Shown: piece after piece, positions 11,948-25,826 of the stretch
Layout of the letters: each line of letters starts with the position of its first letter
Numbering within the stretch: position 1 is the first letter of the stretch
Assembly: GCA_023920165.1 (NCBI GenBank)
Contig: CP089280.1
Coordinates: forward strand, 434,001 to 498,000
Length of the DNA stretch: 64,000 bases
Origin: Curvularia clavata
Lineage: Eukaryota
Direction: 5' to 3'
Program-made: the position numbers and the translations under genes
Notes under the pieces: model-generated
What the model saw: only the letters and a program-made list of their open reading frames with translations
The model's database searches: none
Told to the model about the DNA's origin: nothing

Positions 11948-12616
11948 CTACTCCTCAGACCCCGTACTATTCTTCTCGTCCTCCTCCTGACCCTCAGCAT
12001 CGTCACAGTCTTCAAGCTCCTCGTCTTCGCTTTCGTTGTCTTGGTCGAGCTCTGCATATGCATCGTCGTCTTCTCTAAAGTCCATGTCCTCATCTTCGTC
12101 CTCTTCCTCATCGAAATCCATCTCCTCATCAGTCTCCCAGACCTCGCTACCGGAGTATCCAAAGTCATCTTCCTCAGTCTCTTCATCCCTGCGTGCACCG
12201 CTGCGAATCAGCTTCGGTAGTATATACTTTCCACCACTGCGTTTTATGACCCGCAAAATACTCGCCGTGACAATGTATATATCATAGTACCGGCTCAGCG
12301 AATGAATGATGCGCTCTATGTCTTGCTGCGTGACGGCTTCGCCTTTGGCATCGAAGAGTTCGCGCCTGCAGATTGGACAGCTGTTTCCTGTGTCGAGCCA
12401 TGCGTCGAGGCACTCTTCTCCGACAATGTGGCTGCACGCAGTGATTCTGACAGCCGCGTGGAGCTTTGAGTTTGAGTATTCCTCTTGTGCAGGGCTTGGT
12501 TGCATGGCCAGCGGCTTAGTGCAGATGCTGCAGTCTTGCGACGTGTGGAGCGGTGATGGCTGAATTGCTTCGAGGCCGAGGAGTTTGAAGACTTGTTTTT
12601 CGGCGAAGAGCGTCAT
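11948..12616 (-). CDS. RING-finger protein with long Asp/Glu-rich tail
   Basis: CSIC ... CSHIVGEECLDAW...CPICR (ligand 5 is Gly). ATG at 12616 (MTLFAEK). About 70-aa acidic tail. Confidence 0.8.
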   Translation of the reverse strand: MTLFAEKQVFKLLGLEAIQPSPLHTSQDCSICTKPLAMQPSPAQEEYSNSKLHAAVRITACSHIVGEECLDAWLDTGNSCPICRRELFDAKGEAVTQQDIERIIHSLSRYYDIYIVTASILRVIKRSGGKYILPKLIRSGARRDEETEEDDFGYSGSEVWETDEEMDFDEEEDEDEDMDFREDDDAYAELDQDNESEDEELEDCDDAEGQEEDEKNSTGSEE

Positions 12617-13633
12617 GATGGTAGTGGTGGTTGAGTTAGTCTGAACTGAGCTAGTTTGGTTTGGTTGTGGTGTTGTGGTAGTAGACGTGGGGTTTCTTTT
12701 GAGCAAGGTGGGTGGGTCTTGGGATCACGGGAGGTGAAGGTGACGGCAGTGAAGGTAAAAAATGTTTGTTTGACTATACGTTGGCAAATACGCGAGGTGT
12801 CGATTGGAGCAGCGAGTCAATGTCCATTGGATTTACACATGAGGAAAAGAGGGCAGAGTTCCAGTTGAAAATGTTCCATTTATGTCGACCATGGTTCCTG
12901 TTTTTTCTCGCTGTGTAACCACAAGACATTAATACATTCATCGAAGCTAAACCGCCATTTCTCAGATATCGAGTAAAATAAAATTGCATTCCTTGTATGA
13001 CTACTGGCTAGCAAGGAAAGTCTCACATAATAGTGCTGCGCCTCCATAGTGAAGATTCAAGCGTGCTCACCGTCCGCGATTGCCATTGTGACTCAGCTGC
13101 ACTACATCATCGCCCAAATCTTCATTTTAACGCACTTTAAATGTTAACTGCGAGAAAATCTACCGTCGTCTTGATCCGGATCGTGGCCTCTGAAGCTAAC
13201 AGATTCATCGAGTATGAATTTACTACCGGCATGAACAGTCATTGAATGTACAGAATCCGCAAGATCAAACAAGATGCTTTTGAGATTCAAGTGAACTACA
13301 CATATATGGACTTGAGAGTCTGGTCAGCTAGGAATGAAATATCAACCTAATACAATCATTGTGCAGTCCACACCGCAAACCAAATCTCATGAAAAAAAAG
13401 TTAAGTTACTATCAGGTATTATAATAAGTATCAATGTCACTATGACCATATTCCTGATGCCCAGGTTTCCAAGTCCCAAACGATGACCCCAGGAAATACC
13501 GCAACCCTCCATCAACAGAGGAGCCCTATACAAATGCTCGTCCATGCATTGATTCGTAACGCTTACAAGAACACCAAAGCCGATAAAACCGAACGCCAGT
13601 TGCCCAGATACTACCTCATGCAAACATCAAAAA

Positions 13634-16600
13634 TCACTCAAACCCGCCTCCGAGATCACTCAGCACACTCCTCATGCCCTTCTTCCTCCCGCCTTCAACC
13701 TTCTTCCTAAGCGCCTCCTTCCGCTTTCCTTCCTTCTTCTCCAGCAACTGGCGACGCTCTGCTTCTCTTGCTTGCGCATGAATATTGCTGCGTCCAGTAC
13801 CACCCCTTCTGATCCCCGCTTCCTTGGGGGCCGATGCAGCAGCACTACCAGCAGACCGCTCACTGCTAACAGACAAATTACTAGTAGCCTGCCGGATGAG
13901 TGAGGGAATGCGGAAGCCTGGTCCAGCAGCTGTGCGCGTCGGATTATGGAAAGCTAGATTCGAATCCGCACTCACGACAGATTCTTCCAACGTCGATTGC
14001 CGGCTTAATGTCAGGCGATCGATGATTGGCTTTCTGCGCGAAGATTGCTCGCTGGCGTGGTCATGCTCATCGTCATCGGCATCCGACAACTGAGAGTCTG
14101 GGATGACAACACGTGGGTCTTCAATGAGCTCCGAAATAGAGTGCTTGACATCGTCCGCCGTGAGAGGTTTGCGACTCAGTGAATCGGATGCAGCTGTGCG
14201 GCGCATTTGAGGAGGCGGACGGTTTTCCTTTTGTGAGCTCTCGGATTTGCGTTTCAATGGAACGGCTGCAGAGGCAGCAAGACTCTGTGAGTCAGGAATG
14301 GCGATGTCGTCATTTGGGGCTTGTGACTGAGACTGTGAAGAGTCCACTTCCATCTCCTTCTCAGGCATGTTGAGGTAGTCATATTCACCATCGTCGGCAA
14401 AGTCGGCCAACGTGTTGAAGAAGGCTTTCTTTTTCACGTCTTCAGCAAGGGCCTTGACCTTCTGGTCTTGCAGTAAGGCATTCGTCTGTTTTTGAAACTC
14501 CGCGCGCTTCTTGCGCTGACGCATCTCAGCCTCATCCTCGGAATCGGACATGTCAAAGCCATCATAGCCGCCTGCATGCCTGCGCAGCCCGCCTTTGCTT
14601 TGCATCTTCTTGTAAAGTTCGGCAAGCTGCTTCTCGTCGTCTTTCTTCGTCTTGTCGCTACATCAAATTAATACTCGAGTCGATGATCATGACAGTGGCT
14701 GGACTTACGCATAGAAAGCGGCGATCTGGCGCTCATCGACCTTGACATCATTGTGGTCAATCATATCCTTCAGCTCTTCATCCTCTTCCCCTTCTTCATC
14801 ATCACTGGCTCCTCCAAGTCCAGCATATTCATCTTCGGATTCCTCAGCCTGCTCCATAACAGCCTCCCTGGCCAGACTGTTCTTTTTGTCAAACTCTTCG
14901 GCCGCCCTTGCCTTCTTCGCCGCCTGCTGCATCCTCCTGAAGGCATCCTTGCTAGGCTTTGGTGGGCGCTGGATGTCCTCTTCGCTCTCTTCCTCTTCAT
15001 GGTCGACCAAGTCTTCATCTACGTCGGAAAACTCTACAGTCGTCTCCCGTCGTCCGCGCTGAAGCTTACCTTTCTTTTGCTTTATTGGAGACTCAGCAAC
15101 AACCATCATGACGGTGTCAACGGTGGAGGGGGGCGGGGCAAGACCTGCTGGCGAACGAGAAAAGGAAAACCCAGCATCCTGAGTTGGCTCAAAATCTTCA
15201 GGCTGTGTCTGCGAGAAATCAGGTGAAGTCTTTACCACCTGACTGATATCCAGGTCCAAGCGGGACTGGGGAGCAGTGTGCGACGTCTTCTCTGGAGACA
15301 TCAGAGATTGACTATTGGGGACCATGAAATCAGACGCCTGGCTCAAGTTCATGTTGGGTTGTGTTTCGGGCAAATTGCGCAAGAAATCGAGAGAATCTTG
15401 CTCAGTTTCAACAAGAGCAGGCCGAGACTCAGATTCAAGCTCGGCCATTGTGCCAGCGAACATTTGTGTAAGGCCGACATCGGTGCTGACTTTACCGAAA
15501 CCAAAGGCTACCATTGCATCGTCCTGGGTCGCTGCCTGTGTTGGCAGGGCGTTCTTATCTGCCACCGACTCTCTTTCGTCATCATCATCTTCGTCGTCGA
15601 TGACTCGATTGCGGGCTCTGTTGACAGTTCTCCTTCGAGAAGGCACACTCAGGTCATCGTCTTCCATGTGCACGTCTTCGTCGTCGGGTAGTGTTTGATT
15701 CGCCTCGCCTTGCTCCTCGTCTTCCTCAGCTATCCCATCGACAGGACCACCAGTATCTTCTGTCTGGCGACCTTCAACATCGTCGTCATGTTCGATCTCT
15801 TCATCCTCGGACCCAGAAAGCTCGAGTTCGAGATCGGCCTGATTCTCATTTTCATCTTCATCTTCACCTGCGTCCTCCTCTCCACTTCCGATGTAGTCGC
15901 CATCTTCCTCATCGCTGGATGGAAGCTCGTCCATCGTTTCTCCGTTTTGCTTCGCCTCATTCTTTTCTCTCTTTGCGAGCTGGAGGTCCTCCTGTCTTTG
16001 CTTTTCAAGCAGGGCTACCATATCATCAATCTCCTCTTGGCGCTTTTCTCTCTCTTCCTCGGTCTCAGGGTTGTGGCCACGTTTGATGAGGTCGGCGATC
16101 CTCTCTTCTCGGGCTCTTGCAGTCTGTTCACGAGCCTTTTGGGCGAGTTTCATCTCCATTTCACCACGAGTGACAGATTTCTGGCCTTTCTTGCCTTTCG
16201 GTGGCGATTTTGTCAACTGTGCAAGGGCACGTAGATGTACAAGTGAGCCATCAACCTGTTGCTTCTTGGCAGGCAACCGATCGAAGACAGGGAACCTGCT
16301 TTTCGGTTGCGCTTTGGACTGGTCATCATCCGAGTCTGAGAGCTCTACCATGGCGTCATCTGAAGTACTCTTCGTGGCCGCCGAGGCATTCTGCCGTGTC
16401 GCTGGCTCTGTCTCCTTCATCCAAGGATGCTCCGGAAGATGTTGGAACTCTGCTGCTCTACCTTTGCCCTTGTCGAACTTGGTGGGTTTTGGAGAATGAA
16501 CATCGTTCTCTGTGTTTGATACCAAGGCGCATGTCTGCTCAATGCTCGTTGCTCGGTCCGCTTCTGGGCCGTCGTTTTGCCTTGATGGGCTTGTCAGTGA

Positions 16601-17617
16601 AGGGTTTTGCACCTGATTTGCTTCTGCATCAGAAGAAGCTAGGGCGGAGCTCGGCTCGGGGGTTGGAAGCGCTGCTGAATCCGTATTTGATGCTTGGAAA
16701 TTGAACTTTTTGAAGAGATCCTGTGTAGTGAAGCGTTTCTTTGTCTTTGCCTGGTGCGTGAGTTGCATGTTACGACTGATACGCTGTTGGTCGCGGGCCA
16801 TTGCCTCCATGGCTTTCTTGCCTGCTCTCCGAGTTGGCTTGGCTTGTTGTGTAAGCCTCCTGCCGCTCTCGTCGTCTGTGTCGCTGCCAGAATCACTATT
16901 CCGTCGTCGTGTGGTCTTCTTGGGCTTTGTCGGCTGTGCTTCCTGCTCTTGCTGCTTCGCCAATCTCTCCTCTCGAATACGTCGCACACGCTCTTGCAAA
17001 TCAGCATTTTGCGAGAGCTGTGATGTTTCTGAATCGGAGCCAGCATTTACGGATGACCGGTACTTCTTCTTGGCTGGAGAGGGATCTGGCGTGACGAATA
17101 GACCCGGTGTTGTTGATCGCAGCCGTGCGTTAGGTGATGGTGACGCATCGGGGCTCGCAGTTTTTGTTGTTTTCGCAACTGGTCTGCGGACTTTGGCGCG
17201 CACGGGCATTGCGTCTTCATCATCACTACTTTCAATGGTAGCAGCAGCTTGTGTGGTCTGCTGTGCTTGCTGTGGCACTGCTTCAACCGCTGACAGGGTC
17301 TTGTTGGCAGCCAATCGCTTCTTCATCAATTCATATGCATCCTCTCCGTCGCTCTCGTCCAAATCGTTGGCTTGGTCTGTGTCAACTTGTGGCCGTGATG
17401 TTGTGAGGGGATTCGATACGGTGGTAATGGCCGGTGATTCGTCTTCAGATGCTGAGCTTTCGTTCTCAGAATCGGCCTCGCTCTCCGAAGACTCGGCTGT
17501 GGGTTTCCGGAGTGCTGCTAGGAGTTTGGTTCGAGGTTTCGAGAACGCGTCCAGCGCACGCTCCGGTGAGGATTGTTTGAGTGCTGCCGCCGCAGAAGAT
17601 TGGTGAGTTGAAGCCAT
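13634..17617 (-). CDS. MRC1: Mediator of replication checkpoint Mrc1/claspin; exons 17617-14709 and 14657-13634
   Basis: About 1310 aa, acidic and low-complexity, with an SQ/TQ cluster (LPTQ, LTQMF, ETQ, LSQ, FSQTQ, PTQD). The MRC1-like domain EQAEESEDEYAGLGGASD..DERQIAAFYA|DKTKKDDEKQ..GGLRR is joined by intron 14708-14658. Confidence 0.88.
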
Positions 17618-17884
17618 CGCGGACGACAGTATACGATGGACCTAAGTTGGTGTCTTGAGTGCGGGGCTTTACGGTCGTGGGTTTGGCACTGGAAGGACTG
17701 GAAGACAGTGTCGAGGCTCGAGGAAAACTCTTGAGTTGAAGATCCAAGGCCAGAGCGTAGGAATGAATGTGCCTTGCACTTTTCGCGAGGATTAGCAACG
17801 CACAAAACAACGTGTATGCCTAGTATGGACAATTGCAGATAGACATGGCGGGGGAGTCAATCGTTGATGCCACAAGCTTGGACT

Positions 17885-17933
17885 ACGCGTGTGGTTTCCA
17901 AAGTCGTGACGCGTGACGCGCGACGCGACGCGA
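17885..17933. promoter_or_regulatory. Cluster of MCB (MluI cell-cycle box) elements upstream of MRC1
   Basis: ACGCGT at 17885 and 17909, plus ACGCGC/ACGCGA cores at 17916, 17923 and 17928, ~270-315 bp upstream of the MRC1 ATG. MRC1 is an MBF target in yeasts. Confidence 0.75.
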
Positions 17934-20180
17934 TCTGGGCCGCCTATCCCCATTTGGCTCGTAAGTGGCGCTATGCCTCTTGCAGCCTCCCACGGCCGTG
18001 TTGGCGACATTATGCTTGCAGCTTCGAAGTTTGCACAAGTCATCAGGTCATTGTGCACTCACAGTCCATACAGAGTTCTATTTCCTGACATCCGCGCCGT
18101 TGCCTGATACTTTGAATATTTCTTTTTTCGTCTCAAGCCTGTTGGAACCTACCCCAAAAGACACCTGTCACTCAAGTCATACAAACTACAGCCAGACTTT
18201 GTGACTCCATCTGCGCCATGTGCACTCGGACTGGCTGCTCACCACACCACACAGCTCTTCTGAGGACTACATGTTTCGTGTCAGCACACCAAGTTCAAGG
18301 CATGTTTGTGGTCGAGCTCTACGTACTAGGGACGCAGTCCGAGGCTCAACCTCTCAGGTCCTTGCCTGTTTTGTTTTATCCATTTACCCAAGATTTCGAT
18401 CGCTGGTCCACATCGTGTTAGCACCGGACAACCAGGTCCGCCTCAAGTTCATCTCAGCCCTGCGCCTCGTTTCTCACCAAACGGAAGCGGGGCGCTGTCT
18501 TGAGGTCCGCCGGCAGCATGAATGCAGAGTTCCATGCAATCTCACCGTCAGTCCGCTCACCGTCCGAGATCGATCAATTCTCGGTAGAAGCCTGGGATCT
18601 TCTGTGAAACAGAACAGGTTCTTCGCAGCCACGACACACTGTGCACTATACGCGTCAAGCCACACGTGCTAGCTCTGTCGCCGACGGTCAAACTCGCAAC
18701 TTGCAGCTTGAAGGGCTGAGTGACATGCCTGGGCTCAGCAATTCCTCCGCATGAACTCTGACACGTTCCCGGGCAGAGGCGTTGGAGGAGGCACACGCCG
18801 CCCATGTACGATGGCTACGTCGCATAACTTTCGCATGGTCGGCTTGCTTTTGCCCTCGTAGAGCGGCCCTAGGTCTTCCTTACACCAGGTGTGTTTCGAC
18901 TCATGCAGGCGGCTGGTCCGAGTGGGCTTACAGTCGTTGTTTTACTGACGTCTTACATGTGGTGAGTGGACCTTTGCCTCAGGCCAAAAATAGTACGGAT
19001 TCCTTTGTTAGCAGCAGTACCCCAGAAACACCGTTGCTAGCCAGGCAGATCCTGCAAGGAATGCTTGATTGTGAACAGTCTCAACGATGGGTACGAGCGA
19101 TCATTCGACGTTATGCGGGATCTGCAGAACTCCTTGCCTTATCTCGCACCCGGAATGATGACGACAGGTCTGAAGAGCAAGCGCCGACGTCCACACGTGA
19201 CCGTCAGCATCTGCCGAACTCCAACCGTGTTGGGCTGCTTTAGCCAGTGGGCTAGAACACCACCCGGCGCGACCATTGTCAACGCCATCGATGATACGGC
19301 CTCAAAGCAGCAGGTGTTCCTTATTCATTCTGCCATGCGAGCCATCCTCGAGTCTCTCCTGAGAACCATGCGACCTCACACGCTGCACTGCCACGAGAGC
19401 CACCTTTTCTGCATACATGCACTCTGAGACGCTCTCGGATCAATGTCCGAGTATGCACTTCTCATACAGCGCGATGGATCGGTGATGGTGGGGTGGGGTG
19501 GGCTTGGATCATGCCTGATGCAAGCGACAGCTCCAGGCGCTCTTTACGCGTTGGAGAGGCACAGAGCAAGGTTGGAGGGTACTACAGCGTTCAGATGGCG
19601 AGCAGATACGCGTTTCACGTTACGTGCTAAATTACCCCTGAGCATGCTGCCCTAGGCTGGTAGCGCTGGGGTCCCTGCATCGCCGCCACGACGATCTCCC
19701 TTTAGGACCATCAGGCGGTTGACGCGTCGCCTTCCGAGCCAGCTGCAAAATTGTATAGCGAAGCGGACCAGGTCGGGACGCGTAGCTGGAGAAAAGGGCC
19801 CGGACCACGAGTGTGATTGTCTGCTGCAGCGGGCATTGTCGATCAAGAGCGCGGGTTGCAGTCATGGAAATGTGTGCCTGCATGTGCCAAGGCAGTCTCC
19901 TAGTGTCTTCTTGAAACCCGTGAAACAGGCCACGGATCTTGCCCTTCTAAACAAGAGCCGTCCGTCTCCGCCCGGGAAATTGGACGATCAATGTCTTCCT
20001 GATGGCCTAAGATCCGAGCTTATACCCATTCGTATATCGTCAAAAGCTTCTCGAACGCTTCCATTTCGCGCGCACTCGCCTCCCTTTCCATAGCGACAAC
20101 ACTGCTCTGCCCGCCCAACAAGGCCCGTGGACCCCAAATCTCCGGCATGATACACGCTTCTGCGCGCACTCTTGGATAAC

Positions 20181-22147
20181 ATGGAGGCCGACGAGGCTCA
20201 ACTATACCAGTTCGGCACTCCTCAACAGAGCAACTCCTTCAAACGACCGCGACGCAGTCTGCAAGGCTCCACGCCTTTGAGCAGCGTAACCGAGAGCGTG
20301 ACTTCATCGCCCCGTCACTCGGGACAGAACCAATTCGCCCCTCATCTCTTCGATCATATCAATGCGCTGAAGCACCTGGACGACCAACAGATATTGCAGC
20401 TGCTGTCTGCTGCGCGCAATGGAGGTCAGTCAAATAGCATCTTTGGCGCCGGGCCCGTCACTCACGCGACTTCAGATGGCATGCGTCGTTCGGGCGCCGA
20501 CAGGTCGTCAATGTCGACCGTTGGAAGTCGTGCGTCCTCATACCTGAGCGTACCGTCTAGCAGAGTACCCAGCATGCTCTCAGATCCCCGTTCATCAATC
20601 GCATCTACCGATTCATCTTTCACGCACTACAGCGCTGCCTCTTCGCGTTTGTCGACCGCATCCTCTCGTCTTTCTACCATATCTACTACATCGACACCTG
20701 CCCCCAAGAACTTCGCGTGCACATTCTGCGACAAGGCGCTCAAATCGAAACCATATTGGAAATCGCATGAGGAGGAGTTTCACGAGCAGCGACTCACTTG
20801 GAGGTGTCCAGACTGTGAGCAAATCTTCCATGCAGGAAAGCGTTTCCGTGAGCACCATACAAAGTTACATGTACGTCAAGTAAGAAATTGTATTCATGAT
20901 CCAAATCTAATACCTAATAGGGCTGTGAACATTGTAAACAACCACGAGAGAGTGGACAACCAACCAGCAGGAAAGCGTCGCCATGTGTCAAGAAGTACGA
21001 AATCGTCATGCACGACAAGGACGCTTGGGGATGCGGTTTCTGTGCTTCTCTTCTAACTACTTGGGAAGAGCGGTGCGAACATATCGCACTTCATTTCGAA
21101 GAGAAGGGATCGTCAAAATGGAACTTCACCAATGTCGTCCTTGGTCTGCTAAAGCAGCCAGAGGTGTCTAGCGCGTGGAATCAGATGATGACTGAACGAT
21201 ATGGGGACGAACAAAACTGGCCTTCGCTAGCATGGGAGTCCAAGAAGTGCAACCGTTTGCGATACAAGCTCGAAACAAAATGGGACACACGCGTCTTTGA
21301 CATCGAGAAACTGGTACAGGACACCTTTGACTTGGCCGAGATCGAAGCCAAAGACGTCGAATCAGCAAACGAAGCCACCCCTGACGTCTCCGAGCCAAAC
21401 GATGCTAGCCAAGGTGAAATGGTAGAATTCAAACTGGAGACTTCCGATCTGACGCCTGATTTTGGAACCGATGACAGGCTGCATAGCTCACATGGGCTTC
21501 CGCAAGAGCAGATGATGATGGACATTGACCCGGTAGAGCCTCAGCAGTCGATGCAACAGGAAATGACGCCATCACAGTGGCCTGTTAGCACAGACATGTC
21601 GCACAGCGGCATGAGCGCTGCGACGGGCATGGATGGCTTTAATGCATTTGACACAGGTATGGCGCCTATGACATCAGACTTTTCTCAGCCCATGGCCCAA
21701 AGTTTCCAGCCGCAGCCACAAGGTTGGTCAAATGCAGGCTTTGCGTCAACACCCGATCTTCTCAACTACCAGCAGCCGGGATCATATATGGATTTCCAGC
21801 AGCCCAAGGAGATTGTTTCTGTACCAACTTCCCAGTACACCAACTTTCCACATTACCCACGCCAGAGTCTTCCTCCAAACTTTCTCCAGCAGCAGCAACA
21901 ATCACAAGCTCCCAGTACGCCGACTTCGCGCCGTTATGTTCCAAGGTTGATTAATATATCGAACAACTCAAGCCACCGAGGTGTTCAAATGGACCAGCCC
22001 CCTCCTCCGCCACCGAAAGACGAACATTCTCAAAACCGATTCTCTCGGCTCATAATGCGGCGCCGCCCTAGCAACATTTCTCAACATACTCTCGTATCTC
22101 ATCGTGAGATGAACGGCACATGGGGAGATGAGCTGAACTGGGGCTAA
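20181..22147 (+). CDS. C2H2 zinc-finger protein (putative transcription factor); intron 20871-20920
   Basis: FACTFC..H..FH, WRCPDC..H..LH and WGCGFC..HIALHF fingers. The intron GTACGT..TAG joins the two ORFs in frame. Q/P-rich C-terminus. Confidence 0.85.
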
Positions 22148-25042
22148 GCCAAGGATGCCATCCAACCGTTGATTTTCCAGGACATACCTCGTTCAACTTG
22201 TCAGACCGGCTGGTCCGGCCCTGCCTCGTCAACTCTCTTTTGATTAAAAAAAAACAGAAAAAAAAAACACATCACCGAGAACAAGGTGACTCCGAACCTC
22301 GCTCCGATACTATCGAAACGAGCTACACGTCACCTCAACGGAGCATCCCCCAACCCTACGTCTGTGCAGCCATTTCCTTACGTACACAACACCACATTCA
22401 CGTCTCCTTTTTTATTCATTCGACCAGCAGGACATGATTCTGATAGGGTCAGAAGAGAGGAGGAGGAGGGAGGAATATACCCATTTATGAAGCGTTGGTT
22501 TTTTGTCTTTCAACCCAGTTTTACTTTCTCTTTGACCTACGTAGCAGCGTTTGAAAGCTTCAGTTGCTTTCCCAGCACATAGTACAATACTTCACCTAAT
22601 ACCCCTTTCCCCTCTACCATTTTTTTTTTCACTTTCTCTAACGCGATGCGATTGATGTAATGAGCGGGTGGTATTTGGAACTGGATGCGGGATAGGAACT
22701 GGGATTCAGGTAGATACCACATAGAGAGATTACTTGAACGTATCTTTTGAGTTACACCAATCATGCGGCGCTTAACGGTGGCCGTTGTGTGTGAATCATT
22801 CCGGCTGTATGTGCTCCGAAAAGTGGAGCTGCAGTTGATACACTTGTGGAGAATCCCGAAAGGGGGGTTCCTGCTAGGGGCGTGACTATTATCAAGCGAT
22901 AGGTAATCATTAATGTTGCCTTAATTCGAGGTCCCCAGGTCGCTTTTTCCAGCTTCCGGGCATTAATCTGGCTTAGGTCTTATCGAGTGTGGCTGTGCCC
23001 CTAAACCATATCGTAATAATGCCTCAAGAAGGGCCGAGTTGAACCTCCTCAGCAGGACAACTAGCGTCGCGTCATTTCTTACGCAAGTCCAATAAACTCA
23101 GGGAAAGATGCTTCCGATTGGATTTTTCCTAAGAACTTTTGTTTAATTGGATCCTTTTTTGGGGGGGTCGTAAACGCCGTGCTACTATTACCTCCGGCAT
23201 GTAGCAATTAGTTTGTTTCTTTCTCCAGAATTAGCATACATATGTGTCACAGTCTGGTCCGTCTCGGCCCATACCCCGTCCTTGCCGCTGTTTTCAAGTT
23301 TACACCCCGTCGATAACAGATACCTCTTCCATGTTGAGGCAATGTGCTGAACACGTATATTTCATTTTGCTGTTTCGTTTCAGGGTCCTACATTTAGTTT
23401 AGCGTGGCAAAGTGTACGTCGAAACGCCCGCTACAGGCAGGCCCCTCGCTGGAACATTTGGGTATTTTTTTTTTGCCTTGAGTAACCTCGTCCGAAGCAT
23501 ATTTCGTTTGGTATCCTGTTGCGGGGCCGATTACGTGTAAGCAATGCTCTGCCTCGAGGCGTAACGTTCATTGTTCTTACAAGAAGAGGCAAGCCTTTGT
23601 CGCTCAGTGTAGACTTGACCTATGAAAACTGTACTCTGTATCGGTGTCCGGTCTATCTATGGTTGTCTGGGACTTAAATCACCAGCTTCATATCACTGAA
23701 TCTGGCTATTGGGCTAAAGAGTATGTTATTTCAATCAAAGTTTGAGGTGGTACATATACACAGTACGTGGCATTGTTCATCCCAGTCTCGAAATTAACTT
23801 TTGGTACTTGTGGTAAGCCCTAACTACCAGAAAGGCTGGACTGATCTCCAGCACTCCCTTCGGGAACTGTTACGCATTGATTGTGGAGCGGGGAGTACAC
23901 AGTTGTCTTCACAGACCACTCAGAACTATATTGCGCCCTATTCTTGGAGATTCCCTTGTCTTTCCTGATTTAGTGTAGCTATAATTCATTCAGGTGGTCA
24001 AAATTGCAAAGTTTCGTGGGCTTTACTTGAGCGCGACAACCTTGCAAGCGTTGATGGCGTCTCTGCAATTGAGCAGATGATATTCGACCCTGCTATGTGG
24101 GGCTCTTATCCCTAGATAGATATGTATGATGGGTACATCCCCGACTGCCGAGGTAGAGTCGTTATGTATCGGCAATCAGAGGTGCCCACAATATTGATGA
24201 GACTTGGAAGGTCAACCGAAATGGCTGCGCATTTGCATACGCCTGTACCGCGTGATATTGAGTGCCCTAGATAGCTTGTCAAGCTGGGATCGGAATGCCG
24301 ATGCGCAAAGCCAAAAAAAGTCAAAACAAGCCGAAAGTTTTCGGATCTTGGGACTAATGATGTCATGTGTCTGAGCGACGATACATTTGGTTGAGAAAGT
24401 GCTTCCAAGGGTTACTGTTGGCAATGGACAGGCACGTCTTTTCTTCGGTCGTGAACAACGAGACCAGCATATCTAAAGTTGTAGTTAAAGAAGGTATGAT
24501 GGGAACAGTCATAGTAGAGATATCCGATAGAGACATAGGGTTGTAAACACAAGGCGCAATCAAAGCTCCGCTAGGAAATGTAACCCGTTTAGGTGTGACA
24601 CGCTTGGTATCGAACATCGGGGTTGCTTTTGTAGACATCAGCAACGACGCAGGATTCCTATACATGTCTAGCCCAAGCTTATCAACTAGAGTCTCAAAGT
24701 TAGAAAATTGCTCAACATGCTTTCGCTCAATATTGATTGCAGACTCGCCGGATTGATTGTTCGAATAGCTTCGCCTCTCACACAGAACTAATGGAAGATG
24801 ACGCTCCTCAGTGATGTGAGTGTATAGTCGACTTTGCGATGATTTTATGTGAAATTCTTCTCAGAATTCTATACACTCTTTAATATAATCGTTTGGGATG
24901 CAGACTATGTTTTGACAGAGCTTTACGTAAAGCGACAGGGAGGCGGACTATATATGGCATGAGCTCTCTTCTAGCACTAAGTTATCGATGGTACAGTACT
25001 CTGGATATCATAAAGCTGATGAACACGAGTTAGCCTCTTTTC

Positions 25043-25826
25043 TTATACGTTGTCATCGTAGCCACATAGCCTGTTCTGGACCTTATGCTCTCTGCCGAGC
25101 AGATACACACGATACAGACATGTCACCATAAAACGAAGGGAAAACCACACCCTAGTAGAAGACAGTGTCAGCAAAGGCCGAGTGGAGTGACCCTTTGAGA
25201 CCATGTGAGGTCATGGACAAGACTTACGCAGCAAAAGCCGTCACTCCATACGACATCCTCAGAGCTTCACACCCATCCAGTGCCCACGCTTTTACATTTA
25301 CACGTCTTTCCTCCAGAGATCGATCGCACCGATCAATGCGATTGGAAACAGAGAAATCTCCCGAGCTTTGAACCACTGCGCTGCACCCCCAGAGACCTGC
25401 CAGAAGAGCGTCATACATTGCATTAATGGCAATGTTCGCGTAACGGTCCAGAGTATGTCCACTGAAACAGTTTATCTGGAGGCGGATGACCCATACTAAC
25501 GATGTCACAGCAGCAACTATAAGTGTGCACAGCGTCAAGCTATCCACAACGTTAGTTTACTTATAGATCTACTGCCTGTGTTTTCAGTGATGTGAGACAT
25601 ACCTTTCATCCCATATCAATGGCATGAGTGGTAAAGTGTCGTATTCTGCATGGTTGTACGTGCGCTGCTGGCGGCCGGAGCTCCAACCCTCAGTCCCATT
25701 ATTATGCCATGAGTCTGTGTGGGAACGACCGGAGTCTGCAAATGTGAAGAAGGAGATCAATAAAACGACGACGATGAGGTCCATCAATGTCTCGCAAAGG
25801 AAAAGAAAGTACAATACACGAGGCAT
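25043..25826 (-). CDS. Small multi-pass membrane protein of unknown function; exons ~25826-25603, 25539-25228, 25151-25043
   Basis: Three hydrophobic ORF segments join in frame via GTATGT..AG and GTAAGT..TAG introns. Motif W..NG..GWSS..Q..Y..A.Y...P..PLIW resembles an ascomycete 4-TM family but looks diverged. Confidence 0.55.

Noticed and set aside
16701..17606. 301-aa plus-strand ORF and neighbouring ORFs
   Set aside because: Antisense to MRC1; explained by codon bias of the real gene.
18218..20100. Overlapping short ORFs between MRC1 and the C2H2 gene
   Set aside because: No motifs or consistent splice structure; likely promoter/5' UTR of the zinc-finger gene.
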